NCBI GenBank assembly: GCA_032128875.1
Contig: JAVLKG010000005.1
Coordinates: 448,001 to 512,000, forward strand
Reading direction: 5' to 3'
Source of the DNA: Candidatus Melainabacteria bacterium 17Bon1m
Lineage (GTDB): Bacteria; Cyanobacteriota; Vampirovibrionia; Obscuribacterales; Obscuribacteraceae
Length of the DNA stretch: 64,000 nt
Shown here: in pieces, positions 47,433 through 56,689 of the stretch
Layout: each line of letters starts with the position of its first letter
Numbering within the stretch: position 1 is the stretch's first letter
Program-made: the position numbers and the translations under genes
Notes under the pieces: generated by a model
What the model saw: only the letters and a program-made list of their open reading frames with translations
What the model was told of the DNA's origin: nothing
The model's database searches: none

Positions 47433-48053
47433 ATGAAACATTCGAAACACCTTGGACATTATGTCCAAGCGGGAATGGCAGTTTACATTGCATGCCTTGT
47501 AAGCGCCTGCACGACAGCAGACCCGACAGTATCATCAAAAGCTTATAGGGGCGTAATAAGTCTCGACGCCGTTAGATTTGGATTCACAGAAGACACAGCT
47601 AAATCGGCCAACTTGACCTTTGTTGCCGACCCTAAGGTTGTTGCGCCGTTTTCTCAGTATTTGAGCCGATCTTACGACAATCAGGGCGGTCAGTACATGA
47701 TTGATTATTACAATCACAAACCGATTTCACTGCATGTCATTTACGCAGATAAGCCGATATCTAAGGAAGATGCGTTGGTCAAGCTGAAGGCACTTCTGCC
47801 TCAAAATGCTCCGGAAGAAGGCAGAGTTAAGGAATTCCAAGCGTGGGGCGAGAGCAAAGACCGAGGCGAAAGTCGCATTTATGGCGAGGATTTTAAAGCG
47901 CTATTAATCTTCGCTGATAAAGAGGCAACGAAAGTAAAGATGATTTCTGTATACGCCCAATATAAGCCTAATAATCAGCAAAAGGGCAAAGGCGCCGCGA
48001 CAGCTCCACTTTCCGAAGAGAATGCAGGGGCAAAACCGGATAAGAAAGACTAG
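47433..48053 (+). CDS. Hypothetical lipoprotein, paralog of 35736..36347
   Basis: AGGAG RBS; VSA-C lipobox; YRGVISLD..FG..ED..KSA.LTFV.D and SQYLSR.YD...GQY shared with the paralog. Confidence 0.8.
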   Translation: MKHSKHLGHYVQAGMAVYIACLVSACTTADPTVSSKAYRGVISLDAVRFGFTEDTAKSANLTFVADPKVVAPFSQYLSRSYDNQGGQYMIDYYNHKPISLHVIYADKPISKEDALVKLKALLPQNAPEEGRVKEFQAWGESKDRGESRIYGEDFKALLIFADKEATKVKMISVYAQYKPNNQQKGKGAATAPLSEENAGAKPDKKD

Positions 48054-48179
48054 TGTTAACGATGTTTGAGCTTTGACTCAGACGCGTGGATAAGATGTGT
48101 TTCGTCCTCATGAAATGGCTTACGTGCTAACATCTTGTAATCCCGAAAAGGGCTGTCCAGAACAACCGCATCAGGATCG

Positions 48180-49055
48180 ATGACCGCGACATTAGAACAA
48201 GCCCCGGTAATCTCACCGGAAGAAGATTTGTTTTCGACAGAGCCCGTGCGGATCTCTGCCGAACCGATTACTTCACTGTTGAATCATCATAAGCGCAGCC
48301 TTGTGAAAATGATGGTGTCGCGTGATTTCAAAGGTCGCTATCGGGGCTCCTTGCTTGGCGCTCTCTGGCCCTTCATTCATCCAGTCGGCCATTTGCTTCT
48401 ATATACATTTGTGTTCTGTGTCGTTCTGAAGGTTCGATTTGGAGCGGACGGCTCGACCGGTAATTTTGCTTTGTATCTAATGAGCGGCTTGCTTCCTTGG
48501 GGAGCAATTTCTGAATCCATTGCTCGCTCCACGACATGTATTCTCGAGCAGCCAAACCTTGTTAAACGGGTTGTTTTTCCCTTGGAAGTGATACCAATTG
48601 TGGTGACACTCTCTTCCGCTGCGACTCAAATCGGCGGTATGTTGATTTTGATGGCTTGTGCAATCTTCTATCAAGGTGGCGTTCATCAATCGTTGCTCTT
48701 CCTTCCTGTCATTGCTTTCTCGCAGCTTCTATTCACGACGGGACTCTGTTGGCTGCTTGCCAGTTTGGGTGTCTACGTCCGAGATATGCGTCACCTGATA
48801 TCGCTGGGATTGTCTGTTTGGATGTACATGACTCCGATTGTCTATCCAGCCAGTGCACTGCCAGAGAAGCTCAAGTTTCTTGTTTGGATCAACCCCGTTG
48901 CCGGTATCGTTACGGATTACAGGCGAGTGATTTTAGAAGGCAATCCGCCTGATTTTGCGATGTACGCGTTCTATACGACAATTTCAGTACTGTTCTTTTT
49001 CTCTGGATACTACTTCTTTATGAAGACCAAACGGTCTTTCGCAGACGTGATGTGA
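48180..49055 (+). CDS. wzm: ABC-2 polysaccharide exporter permease
   Basis: RDFKGRYRGSLLGALW, LVKRVVFP, YMTPIVYP, INP, terminal FADVM. Confidence 0.92.
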   Translation: MTATLEQAPVISPEEDLFSTEPVRISAEPITSLLNHHKRSLVKMMVSRDFKGRYRGSLLGALWPFIHPVGHLLLYTFVFCVVLKVRFGADGSTGNFALYLMSGLLPWGAISESIARSTTCILEQPNLVKRVVFPLEVIPIVVTLSSAATQIGGMLILMACAIFYQGGVHQSLLFLPVIAFSQLLFTTGLCWLLASLGVYVRDMRHLISLGLSVWMYMTPIVYPASALPEKLKFLVWINPVAGIVTDYRRVILEGNPPDFAMYAFYTTISVLFFFSGYYFFMKTKRSFADVM

Positions 49056-49828
49056 TTTCTATGTATTCGATTCAACTGTCGAACATCTCGAAGAAATACA
49101 ATATTTACGACCGGCCGACCGATCGTTTGAAAGAATTGCTTTTGCGCAATAGTCGCTCATACCATCGAGAGTTTTGGGCGCTTCGCGATGTCTCGTTCAA
49201 TGTCGAGCGTGGTGACTCTGTCGCTTTGCTCGGCCCAAACGGATCAGGTAAATCGACCTTGCTGCAAATTGTGGCTGGAGTTCTTCAACCATCAAAAGGT
49301 CGCATCGCTACCCGCGGCAGAATTACCTCAATTCTTGAGCTCGGTTCCGGGTTTCAACCGGATTACACTGGGCGAGAAAATGTGATTTTGAACGGTATTA
49401 TCCTTGGCATTCCGGAAAAGGAAATTCATCGCAAACTTGATGAAATTGCCGAATTTGCCGAAGTTGGTGATTTCTTCGATCAACCGATTAGAACCTATTC
49501 TTCAGGTATGGTCGTTCGATTGGCATTCGCTTCGATGATCAACGTCGACCCTGAAATTCTTGTTGTTGACGAAGCGATGGCGGTTGGTGACAGGCGTTTT
49601 CAGCTCAAGTGTTTGGACAAAATCCGTGAGTTGCGCAACCGCGGAACAACTCTGATGTTTGTCACGCACGAGCCGAACATGGTTTATAAATATTGCCAGA
49701 ACGCAGTGCTATTGAACGGCGGACAGATGATTCTCAAAGGCTCCTCAGAAGAGGTCGTGCCTGCCTATGAAGAGTTGATGTCAGAGAATGGAGTCGTTGC
49801 GAAAAAGGTTTTCGTCGCCGCGCAGTAA
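49052..49828 (+). CDS. wzt: ABC polysaccharide exporter ATPase without C-terminal carbohydrate-binding domain
   Basis: FWALRDVSF, GPNGSGKST, YSSGMVVRLAF, ILVVDE..AVGD; 258 aa. Confidence 0.92.
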   Translation: MISMYSIQLSNISKKYNIYDRPTDRLKELLLRNSRSYHREFWALRDVSFNVERGDSVALLGPNGSGKSTLLQIVAGVLQPSKGRIATRGRITSILELGSGFQPDYTGRENVILNGIILGIPEKEIHRKLDEIAEFAEVGDFFDQPIRTYSSGMVVRLAFASMINVDPEILVVDEAMAVGDRRFQLKCLDKIRELRNRGTTLMFVTHEPNMVYKYCQNAVLLNGGQMILKGSSEEVVPAYEELMSENGVVAKKVFVAAQ

Positions 49829-49832
49829 TTTT

Positions 49833-52244
49833 CTAGTGCACAGAGAATGATATGCATGCAGATGGAGCGCCCATTTGCGCGCCATTCTTATCACGCGCGA
49901 TTGCTCTTATCTGGAAGAATCCGGCTCCGGCGAAGTCGGCACGGTTCAGCAGGTGTTCTGCTTTACTCCCTTTGAGTTGCAGCTTTTTATCCACTGCTAC
50001 TGAGATTTGATCGTCTTTGAAATTGTCGAAGAAGTAGTTAGCTTTGCTTACTTCCAGGGTAATGTCAGCAACGTTTTCCATTGCGGATGCATCGACGCTT
50101 ATTTGTGCTTTGTCGTTGCCGGCACACCAATATGAACCGTTTTCGTTGACGCTTAATCCGGCGACTGTAATCTGAGGGCGGCAGCGCTCTTCCGGCTGTA
50201 TCCTCAACGATTTGACTACCGAATTGCCTGAAGGCATGGTCAAAAACAAATCGTTGATTGTCGAGTTTTGAAACCATTTCCAGTTGCTTGAAAGAGGCAC
50301 GTAAATCGTTTGGAACTGCCCCTTGCCGGTCTCAGGAAGCGTTACTGCACTGATGTGCCGTTGTGCATCAGCACTTGCCGAAATAAACGCATCAATCTGT
50401 TTTTTACCTTCGCCAGGCAGACTTTCAGTCTTAATCTCTATGACGGCAAAGTCGTCTTTGAGTGGATTCAACTGCAGTTGCGCCAGTTGAATGCCCTGGG
50501 TGCCGTCATTTCTGTCGAAGGCGAGACCATCTTGCTCAATTGATAGCAGGCCAGCCTTGCCGCCGGTTTTTATTCCTTGCATTTGACTGCCGGGAGTAAT
50601 TTTGAAGTCTGCTGCCGTCGCGCCTGCATAGACGACTTTATTGAACTTTCGGTTCTCGCTGGACCAAACGAATATTTCTGCACCGCTAGAAGCCAGTGAT
50701 TTGAACCTTTGCGCATTCATTTTATATTCCGGAGAATACATTTCCGGATCGAAAGTTGCAAAAGCTCTTTTCGGTCGAACCTCTGCAAACGGCGGATGTA
50801 CGGAGGACTTGAATGTATCTCCGTTCAAAATCATGTGGGTTCCTTTTGACTCTTTTGGAATGCCAAGAAAAACTGCCGGCACGCTAGTTTCATTTTTGAG
50901 AATTTCTCGCGCCGCCAGTGCTGTGGCCTTTACTTCTTTTCCGGCGTTAACCCATATCAGGTCTGTCTTTGTAGCTACATAACCCCATACAAGGGCAAGT
51001 GATACTGCCACCGCTGACGATACCGTAAAGAGTGAGCGGTCCAAAAGCTTTTCATCACTGTCATCGTTTTGAAATAGAGCAACTGCCAAAAGAGTTGACA
51101 ATGGCATAGTGAAAAAGAATAAGAAGCGAGCGCCTTCCAGGTTGTAGCCGATGCCCCACAGCTTATAAATTGGCAGGAGGGTGGTGACAAACCAGCCCGC
51201 GAGGAATATCAACAACTTGAGCGGTACCTGGCGTGCCAGAAGTCGAACGGCGAAGTTGCAGAAAAGCAAGCAGTAGAGGACAAGAAGAAAGCCCCAGATC
51301 AGATTCGCTGACTGAAAGTGCCCTTGCACCAGAGGAAATGCAATTCTTTGAAGGGTGTCGATATCGAGCCACCGGGCAATGGCATTCTGCTCCTGACTGG
51401 CTCCAAATCCGGCTACATAACCGCCGACCAGCGTTCCAAGGCACAAAAAACGAACGATGAAATAGGCAACGGTCGCTGCCAGAAATGGCCAAGAAAAGGC
51501 GAAGGCGCGCTTAAATGAGATCGCCGGATTGCCGTCCTGGCGGTTTTCTTCCGGCACGTAAAGCCAGCCGACGAGAAATGCAATTACAGGAATGCCGATC
51601 GCCATCTCTTTGACGAGCAGCCCCGAAATGAATGCAGCAACGGCAATACCTGTAATTAGTCGAGATTTCGACTTGCGCAAGAGCAGGATTGCCAGAAGTG
51701 ATATTTCGTAGAAGAAGGCGCTGATGATATCTACGCGACCAAGAACCCAGGAGACACTCTCGCAGTGAAGCGGACTGAGCGCAAAAAGTCCTGCTGCGGT
51801 GAGAGCCGTCAGCCGATTGCGCAGCACACTCTTGCTCGACCCAAGTTGTAAAACAATCAGATAGAGAAGAGCGGCATCAAGAAAGTAGAAGAGCAGGTTT
51901 GTTGCGTAAAAACCAACGGCATTTGCTTTCCATACGAAGAAGTCGATCAGCAAAGACAATAGAAGGAAAGGGCGATAAACGCTCATCCCCGGAATTTGCA
52001 TGTAATTGCCTGTGAAATTAGCAAGAAAAAGATTGGGCTCGGCTGTGCACATCCTGTATAAATAGCGGATTTCGCCCAAATCATCTGCAAGAAAGTAGCT
52101 GCTTATGGTCCGTCCGAATACTGCAATGACGCAAATCAGAATCAGAAGCAAGTCGATATAAATGCGCGACGGCACTGATTTGAGAAAAGCCCCCTGACGC
52201 GGCTGGCTTTCGCTCGTACTTTCTGTTTGTAAGGTGTTGTTCAT
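49833..52244 (-). CDS. Probable GT-C-fold membrane glycosyltransferase
   Basis: YFLADD after TM1, YRP, PLHCESVSWVLGR.D, KE motif; large soluble C-terminal region. Confidence 0.7.
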   Translation of the reverse strand: MNNTLQTESTSESQPRQGAFLKSVPSRIYIDLLLILICVIAVFGRTISSYFLADDLGEIRYLYRMCTAEPNLFLANFTGNYMQIPGMSVYRPFLLLSLLIDFFVWKANAVGFYATNLLFYFLDAALLYLIVLQLGSSKSVLRNRLTALTAAGLFALSPLHCESVSWVLGRVDIISAFFYEISLLAILLLRKSKSRLITGIAVAAFISGLLVKEMAIGIPVIAFLVGWLYVPEENRQDGNPAISFKRAFAFSWPFLAATVAYFIVRFLCLGTLVGGYVAGFGASQEQNAIARWLDIDTLQRIAFPLVQGHFQSANLIWGFLLVLYCLLFCNFAVRLLARQVPLKLLIFLAGWFVTTLLPIYKLWGIGYNLEGARFLFFFTMPLSTLLAVALFQNDDSDEKLLDRSLFTVSSAVAVSLALVWGYVATKTDLIWVNAGKEVKATALAAREILKNETSVPAVFLGIPKESKGTHMILNGDTFKSSVHPPFAEVRPKRAFATFDPEMYSPEYKMNAQRFKSLASSGAEIFVWSSENRKFNKVVYAGATAADFKITPGSQMQGIKTGGKAGLLSIEQDGLAFDRNDGTQGIQLAQLQLNPLKDDFAVIEIKTESLPGEGKKQIDAFISASADAQRHISAVTLPETGKGQFQTIYVPLSSNWKWFQNSTINDLFLTMPSGNSVVKSLRIQPEERCRPQITVAGLSVNENGSYWCAGNDKAQISVDASAMENVADITLEVSKANYFFDNFKDDQISVAVDKKLQLKGSKAEHLLNRADFAGAGFFQIRAIARDKNGAQMGAPSACISFSVH

Positions 52245-52506
52245 TGCTCAATTTTGTAAGCCGGTCACTATTCTAGCGCGAGAAGGTGTCACGGCTTGAG
52301 AACCTGAGCTGGGGACGTACACGGAGCTTCGCATGTTAAATTTTTCTATGGCAAAAGGCGGCATTTGGGAAGGGGAGTTGCTTTTCCCCTAGTCATATCT
52401 TTCAGTTAACGCATTGAAAACGGCGCCGTAACAACGTTCAAGCTAGAATTGAGCTGGGTCTTAATGACCCGACCAAACTTGGATACCCGATATTAGCGAT
52501 AACCGT

Positions 52507-54213
52507 GTGCAAAGTACCGCCGACGATTCTCCAGACAAGACGGATGTCTCTTTAGCAGAGCCGCAAGCGAGTCGCCGCTCTCTAAGCCTTTCTGTAGCTT
52601 GTGCGCTGGTAGTATCGCTGCTCTTTTCCAGCTTGCTTTTCTATTGGTACTGCCTAGATAACAGGCAGCCGTCAATGGACGAAGCCGGGCATATCCTTTG
52701 TGCCTTCAAATACACTGACCTTTTCAACCACCCTCACATTCTCAAGCTCTGGTGGTACAAGAAGCTTCTCACGGTCAACAATTTCTATCCGCCGGCTGTC
52801 TACGCCTTCAACGGAATGCTGAAGCTTTGCTTGGGTCCGGCCCATTTTGTCGATTGCCTTTCGCTTTGCATTTACGACTTCATTCTGACTATTTCAGTCT
52901 TTGCTACGGCGTTGCTTTTGACCGGTAGGCGGTTGGCAGGAATTTTTGCTGCGATAGTCGTCAATCTGTACAGTGAGCTGATTTTCTTGAGCCACACGTA
53001 TTTGCTCGACTTTCAAGTGGCTGCCATGATTTCGGTCGGTGTTCTATCGCTTGTGTGGTGGAGCAAAAAGCCTGATTGGAAAAGAACAGCTGTCTGCAGC
53101 CTTGCGCTGACTCTTGTTTTGGCGACTAAGCAAGTTGCCGGTGCCTTCCTGGCTGGTCCAGGCTTCTATTACCTTTTGACACTCTTAATCCGCAAGCCAC
53201 CCGGCTGGAAGCTGCAAATCGTCCAATTGATTAGCATGGCAGTGATTGCCGTCTTGCTTATGGTTCCGTGGGCAGTGGCAAGCTATGGATTTATCTCGGA
53301 ATTTGCTGAGACAAACAAAAAGGTGATCACCTCCACTGAAGGCGCTATTACACTTCCGCAGGCATTGCAGCGTGGCATTCGATATTACTCGTTTGCGCTG
53401 CCGCAGATGATGACGCCGCTTCTTTTAGCTTATGCTGCCGCTGCATTTTGCTTTATTGGAAAGGCTTTGCATTTGCGCCTTTTGCCTGTTCTTTTGACTG
53501 CTGCAGGCGTCCTCATAATCAGTCTATTGCCCTGGCAGTACCCACATCATCGCTATATTGCGGGCGCTTTGATTGTCCCTGCAATTTACACAGGAGCACT
53601 GTTCTTGCGGATGTGGGATTTCAAATTCAAGCCCTTTGCTCCACTTTCCAAAATTGTGGTTTGTGCGCTGGTTGCGCTCGGGCTGCTGCAATACTTTTCG
53701 CTCTGTTTCTTCCCCTATCCTTTTAGCCAGCCCGCTTTCATGTCCGGTCTCTCTGACGCTCTGGATGCGAAATCAAGTTCGATGGGCACTAGTGACAAAG
53801 GAAAAGCAAATCCGGTGCCATTCCAAGACTGGGGACACAAGTGGGTTTTAGAAACGATCGCCAAACGCGATCCTGATCAGGCTGTGTGGTTGAACGTTAT
53901 GGCTAACCATGTTGAATACAACCCGCATACTTTTACATTGATGGGTAAGGCGATCGGAAGTGCAGTCAGACCTACTAGCTCCCGCACCTGGACTGTTCTA
54001 GGTGACACAGTCACTTACAGCCCGGAGTCGGCTTTGTATTATCAGTGGTATTTGCTCAAGTCCGGATATGCTGGGCTGCGCTTGCTAAATCCCGAGTCGG
54101 AGAAAGCAAATGCCGACATACTGAAATTTGTAAAAGAGTCGGGCAAATTTGAGCTGATCGCTGAAAAGAAAGTGCCTGACGGCAGCGAGATATTGCTGTA
54201 CAGGCAGAAGTAG
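52507..54213 (+). CDS. GT-C (ArnT/PMT-like) membrane glycosyltransferase
   Basis: PSMDEAGH after TM1, YPP, LLDF, LATK, PW, RY motifs. Confidence 0.75.
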   Translation: MQSTADDSPDKTDVSLAEPQASRRSLSLSVACALVVSLLFSSLLFYWYCLDNRQPSMDEAGHILCAFKYTDLFNHPHILKLWWYKKLLTVNNFYPPAVYAFNGMLKLCLGPAHFVDCLSLCIYDFILTISVFATALLLTGRRLAGIFAAIVVNLYSELIFLSHTYLLDFQVAAMISVGVLSLVWWSKKPDWKRTAVCSLALTLVLATKQVAGAFLAGPGFYYLLTLLIRKPPGWKLQIVQLISMAVIAVLLMVPWAVASYGFISEFAETNKKVITSTEGAITLPQALQRGIRYYSFALPQMMTPLLLAYAAAAFCFIGKALHLRLLPVLLTAAGVLIISLLPWQYPHHRYIAGALIVPAIYTGALFLRMWDFKFKPFAPLSKIVVCALVALGLLQYFSLCFFPYPFSQPAFMSGLSDALDAKSSSMGTSDKGKANPVPFQDWGHKWVLETIAKRDPDQAVWLNVMANHVEYNPHTFTLMGKAIGSAVRPTSSRTWTVLGDTVTYSPESALYYQWYLLKSGYAGLRLLNPESEKANADILKFVKESGKFELIAEKKVPDGSEILLYRQK

Positions 54214-54217
54214 AATG

Positions 54218-55606
54218 CTACTTGCTTCCTGCTGTTTCGCGATTGCGGAATTTTTTCAGCCAGTGAGAAACTCGAAATCTGAACGAACGCACGAATAGTA
54301 AGTCATAGAGCCATTGATCGAGCCCTTTTGTTATTGAACGCCCTTGCAAAATCACATTCTGCATGCGCTCGATTTTTTGTTTTCGCCTGCTTGTTTTGAA
54401 CTCTTCGATAGCATCTTGGTAGTTTTTGACTATTCTGTCAGCGTTGGATTTGCGGCAATGATTGGCAAGGATATACTTGCGTGCCTCGGTTGCGAGCTTG
54501 GTGCGCAATTGCTCGTCTTTGAGCAACTCGACTAATTTCGCTGCCACTGCACCAACGGTGAAATCAGCCGGCTGGTGTAAAAACTCATTGTTGGAAAGAA
54601 AATCTAGATTTGAGCAGTTGCTTTCTATAACGATTGGTTTTCCACAAGAAAGTGGTTCCAACACCGCATAAGGAGCCAGGCTCTTCCAGTCGAGAACAAG
54701 GCCGCAAACACTGTTGCGCCATAGACCGGGCATCAGTAACCGCGACATCATGTGATTGATTACCATGTCGCACTGGATGCCGGATTGGGCAAGAGCAGCT
54801 TTCATTTCGCTCTCGCTGCTCTCTGAATAGATATCGTGAGCGACGATTGTCAGCCAGAGATCTGGGATTTCCTTTTTGACTGCGGTGACTATTTCGCTGA
54901 CGAGACTTTTGTATTTGTCAGATTCTATGGAAGTGTGGATAAGTAGAGCTGGTCTGCCTTTTGTATCGATTGCCAAAGGACCTTCCGGAGAGAAATCGGC
55001 GGTGTTGAGTGAGTAATTGCTGCGGTGGATTTGTTCGCCTTTTCCATTTTCAGTATTGACCTTCGGATTACCGATGGTTGTGACAGCTGTGGTGCTATTA
55101 GCCGAAAGCGAGCGCAGCGTGCTGGAAATCAACTTCTCAAACTTAAATCCGGAGTCGCCAATCAAGTCCAGTTCTCTCGACAAAAATGCCGGAGGGTTGT
55201 CGTATACGCGAGCCACAACCGGGCAGTCAGACATTATCGAAGCGACAAGACTTTCTGCAGAAAATTCTGCTACATCGACGATATCGAAATCCGTTGTTTC
55301 GCTGGCTTTTAAAAATGCCTGCCAGGATGACAGGTTGAGATTCATCAGCACTCTTGCTTGCGGCAGAGAGTTGGCGACCAGGCTGCTGTTGCTGCCATGG
55401 CTGCGCCAATCCGTGCGAATCACTTTCAATCCGTCTTGAACGGTTTCAGCCACGTGCTTTTCAGCGCAGGCAATAACCTCGACCTGGCATCCCCTTTGAT
55501 AAAGTTCTTCCGCCAATTCCATCGCATCGCGCCCTGGTCCGTACCAGCCGAAATCCGGCGGGAAGTGCGGCGTTATCATGCAAACTTTGAGTGGTTCTTT
55601 GTGCAT
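54218..55606 (-). CDS. Degenerate GT4 paralog
   Basis: KVCMITPHFPPDFGWYG and FSPEGP resemble 18420/31244. GRL..KG is replaced by HTSIESDK and PSLYDN by LDWKSL. Shared tail DQWLYDLLF..FRFR..HWL. Confidence 0.7.
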   Translation of the reverse strand: MHKEPLKVCMITPHFPPDFGWYGPGRDAMELAEELYQRGCQVEVIACAEKHVAETVQDGLKVIRTDWRSHGSNSSLVANSLPQARVLMNLNLSSWQAFLKASETTDFDIVDVAEFSAESLVASIMSDCPVVARVYDNPPAFLSRELDLIGDSGFKFEKLISSTLRSLSANSTTAVTTIGNPKVNTENGKGEQIHRSNYSLNTADFSPEGPLAIDTKGRPALLIHTSIESDKYKSLVSEIVTAVKKEIPDLWLTIVAHDIYSESSESEMKAALAQSGIQCDMVINHMMSRLLMPGLWRNSVCGLVLDWKSLAPYAVLEPLSCGKPIVIESNCSNLDFLSNNEFLHQPADFTVGAVAAKLVELLKDEQLRTKLATEARKYILANHCRKSNADRIVKNYQDAIEEFKTSRRKQKIERMQNVILQGRSITKGLDQWLYDLLFVRSFRFRVSHWLKKFRNRETAGSK

Positions 55607-55612
55607 CGTCTC

Positions 55613-56500
55613 TTAGTTGTTCACCGCAAGAACATCGTAGATTTCCGCTTGTGGAAGTGAAACTCGCTTGAGCGTTGCGAATGTCTTTCTGTCGACCACG
55701 GCTAATTGTGCAGAAGGTATGCACTCATCGCCGTCTTTTGTATCGGCTCGGTGACGCAGGCTGCTCAAGCCCACGTAGATTTTGTCTTTTATGATTTCCA
55801 TTCCGCGTGGAAAAGTGCCTGGAAAGGAGATCATCTTCTTTTCGTCTTTGTTGTGATAGCTGACGCCTTCACCACGAGAATCGCATACATAGACGGCACC
55901 GTTTTCGTCGCGTCGAGGCGTGTGTGGCGCGGAATAACCGTCGAAAAGAGTCTCGCGCGTTTTCACATCATAGAGAATTCCAGAACCCTGGGTGCGACCT
56001 TTGTAACCTCTGTAAGTAGTGAATTTGCCGAAAGCCGTTGCCACTAATCTGCCGTCCCAAACATCAAGGCAGTTGATGTGGCAGGAATCTCCGTATCCAT
56101 GCATTGGCCAGCTTTCGCGCACTCGTCCGGTCATATCTACAATGGCTACTTCGTTGGTACCGGTCGAAACAACGTAAAGCTGATCGTCAATTATGCGCAC
56201 ATCATGGATGTCACCTAATTTACTGCTGATTATTGTTTGCACCGGTTTACCGGGCTCGTAAATGAGCAGGTTCATGCAAGAAGCTGACATGACTGAAACG
56301 TAGAGCTTGTTGCCCTCCAGCCATAATCCGCTGCATCCTGGCAAGGAGAAGCAATATGCTTTGCCCTTCTCAAGCAATACCAGTCCGTCTTTCTCGCCTG
56401 AGTTCGGAATAGAAATTAGGAGTGTATCGTCGATACCCTCGTATTCGGTTGATTCCAAGACTTCGCACGGAATCGTTGATTTCAAAAACTCAGTAAGCAA
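55613..56500 (-). CDS. TIGR03032/DUF4915-like beta-propeller protein
   Basis: DIHDV, DSCHINCL, SAPHTPR, PGTFPRG, YVGLS, EIYDV. Confidence 0.7.
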   Translation of the reverse strand: MLTEFLKSTIPCEVLESTEYEGIDDTLLISIPNSGEKDGLVLLEKGKAYCFSLPGCSGLWLEGNKLYVSVMSASCMNLLIYEPGKPVQTIISSKLGDIHDVRIIDDQLYVVSTGTNEVAIVDMTGRVRESWPMHGYGDSCHINCLDVWDGRLVATAFGKFTTYRGYKGRTQGSGILYDVKTRETLFDGYSAPHTPRRDENGAVYVCDSRGEGVSYHNKDEKKMISFPGTFPRGMEIIKDKIYVGLSSLRHRADTKDGDECIPSAQLAVVDRKTFATLKRVSLPQAEIYDVLAVNN

Positions 56501-56689
56501 CTGTGTCTACCCTGGCATGTCCCGCTTGGCGGCAATCGAGGCGCCTGGAGACTCTATATCGTCAGTCGCGCACAATTGTATCAACTGGCGATCACCGGCA
56601 ATTGTCGGTAATGTGATTATGTTCTGAACTATCGCTTCAGCTGGTTAAACTTTTTCCATGTTCTATACGTGTATATGGATATATAGAGG

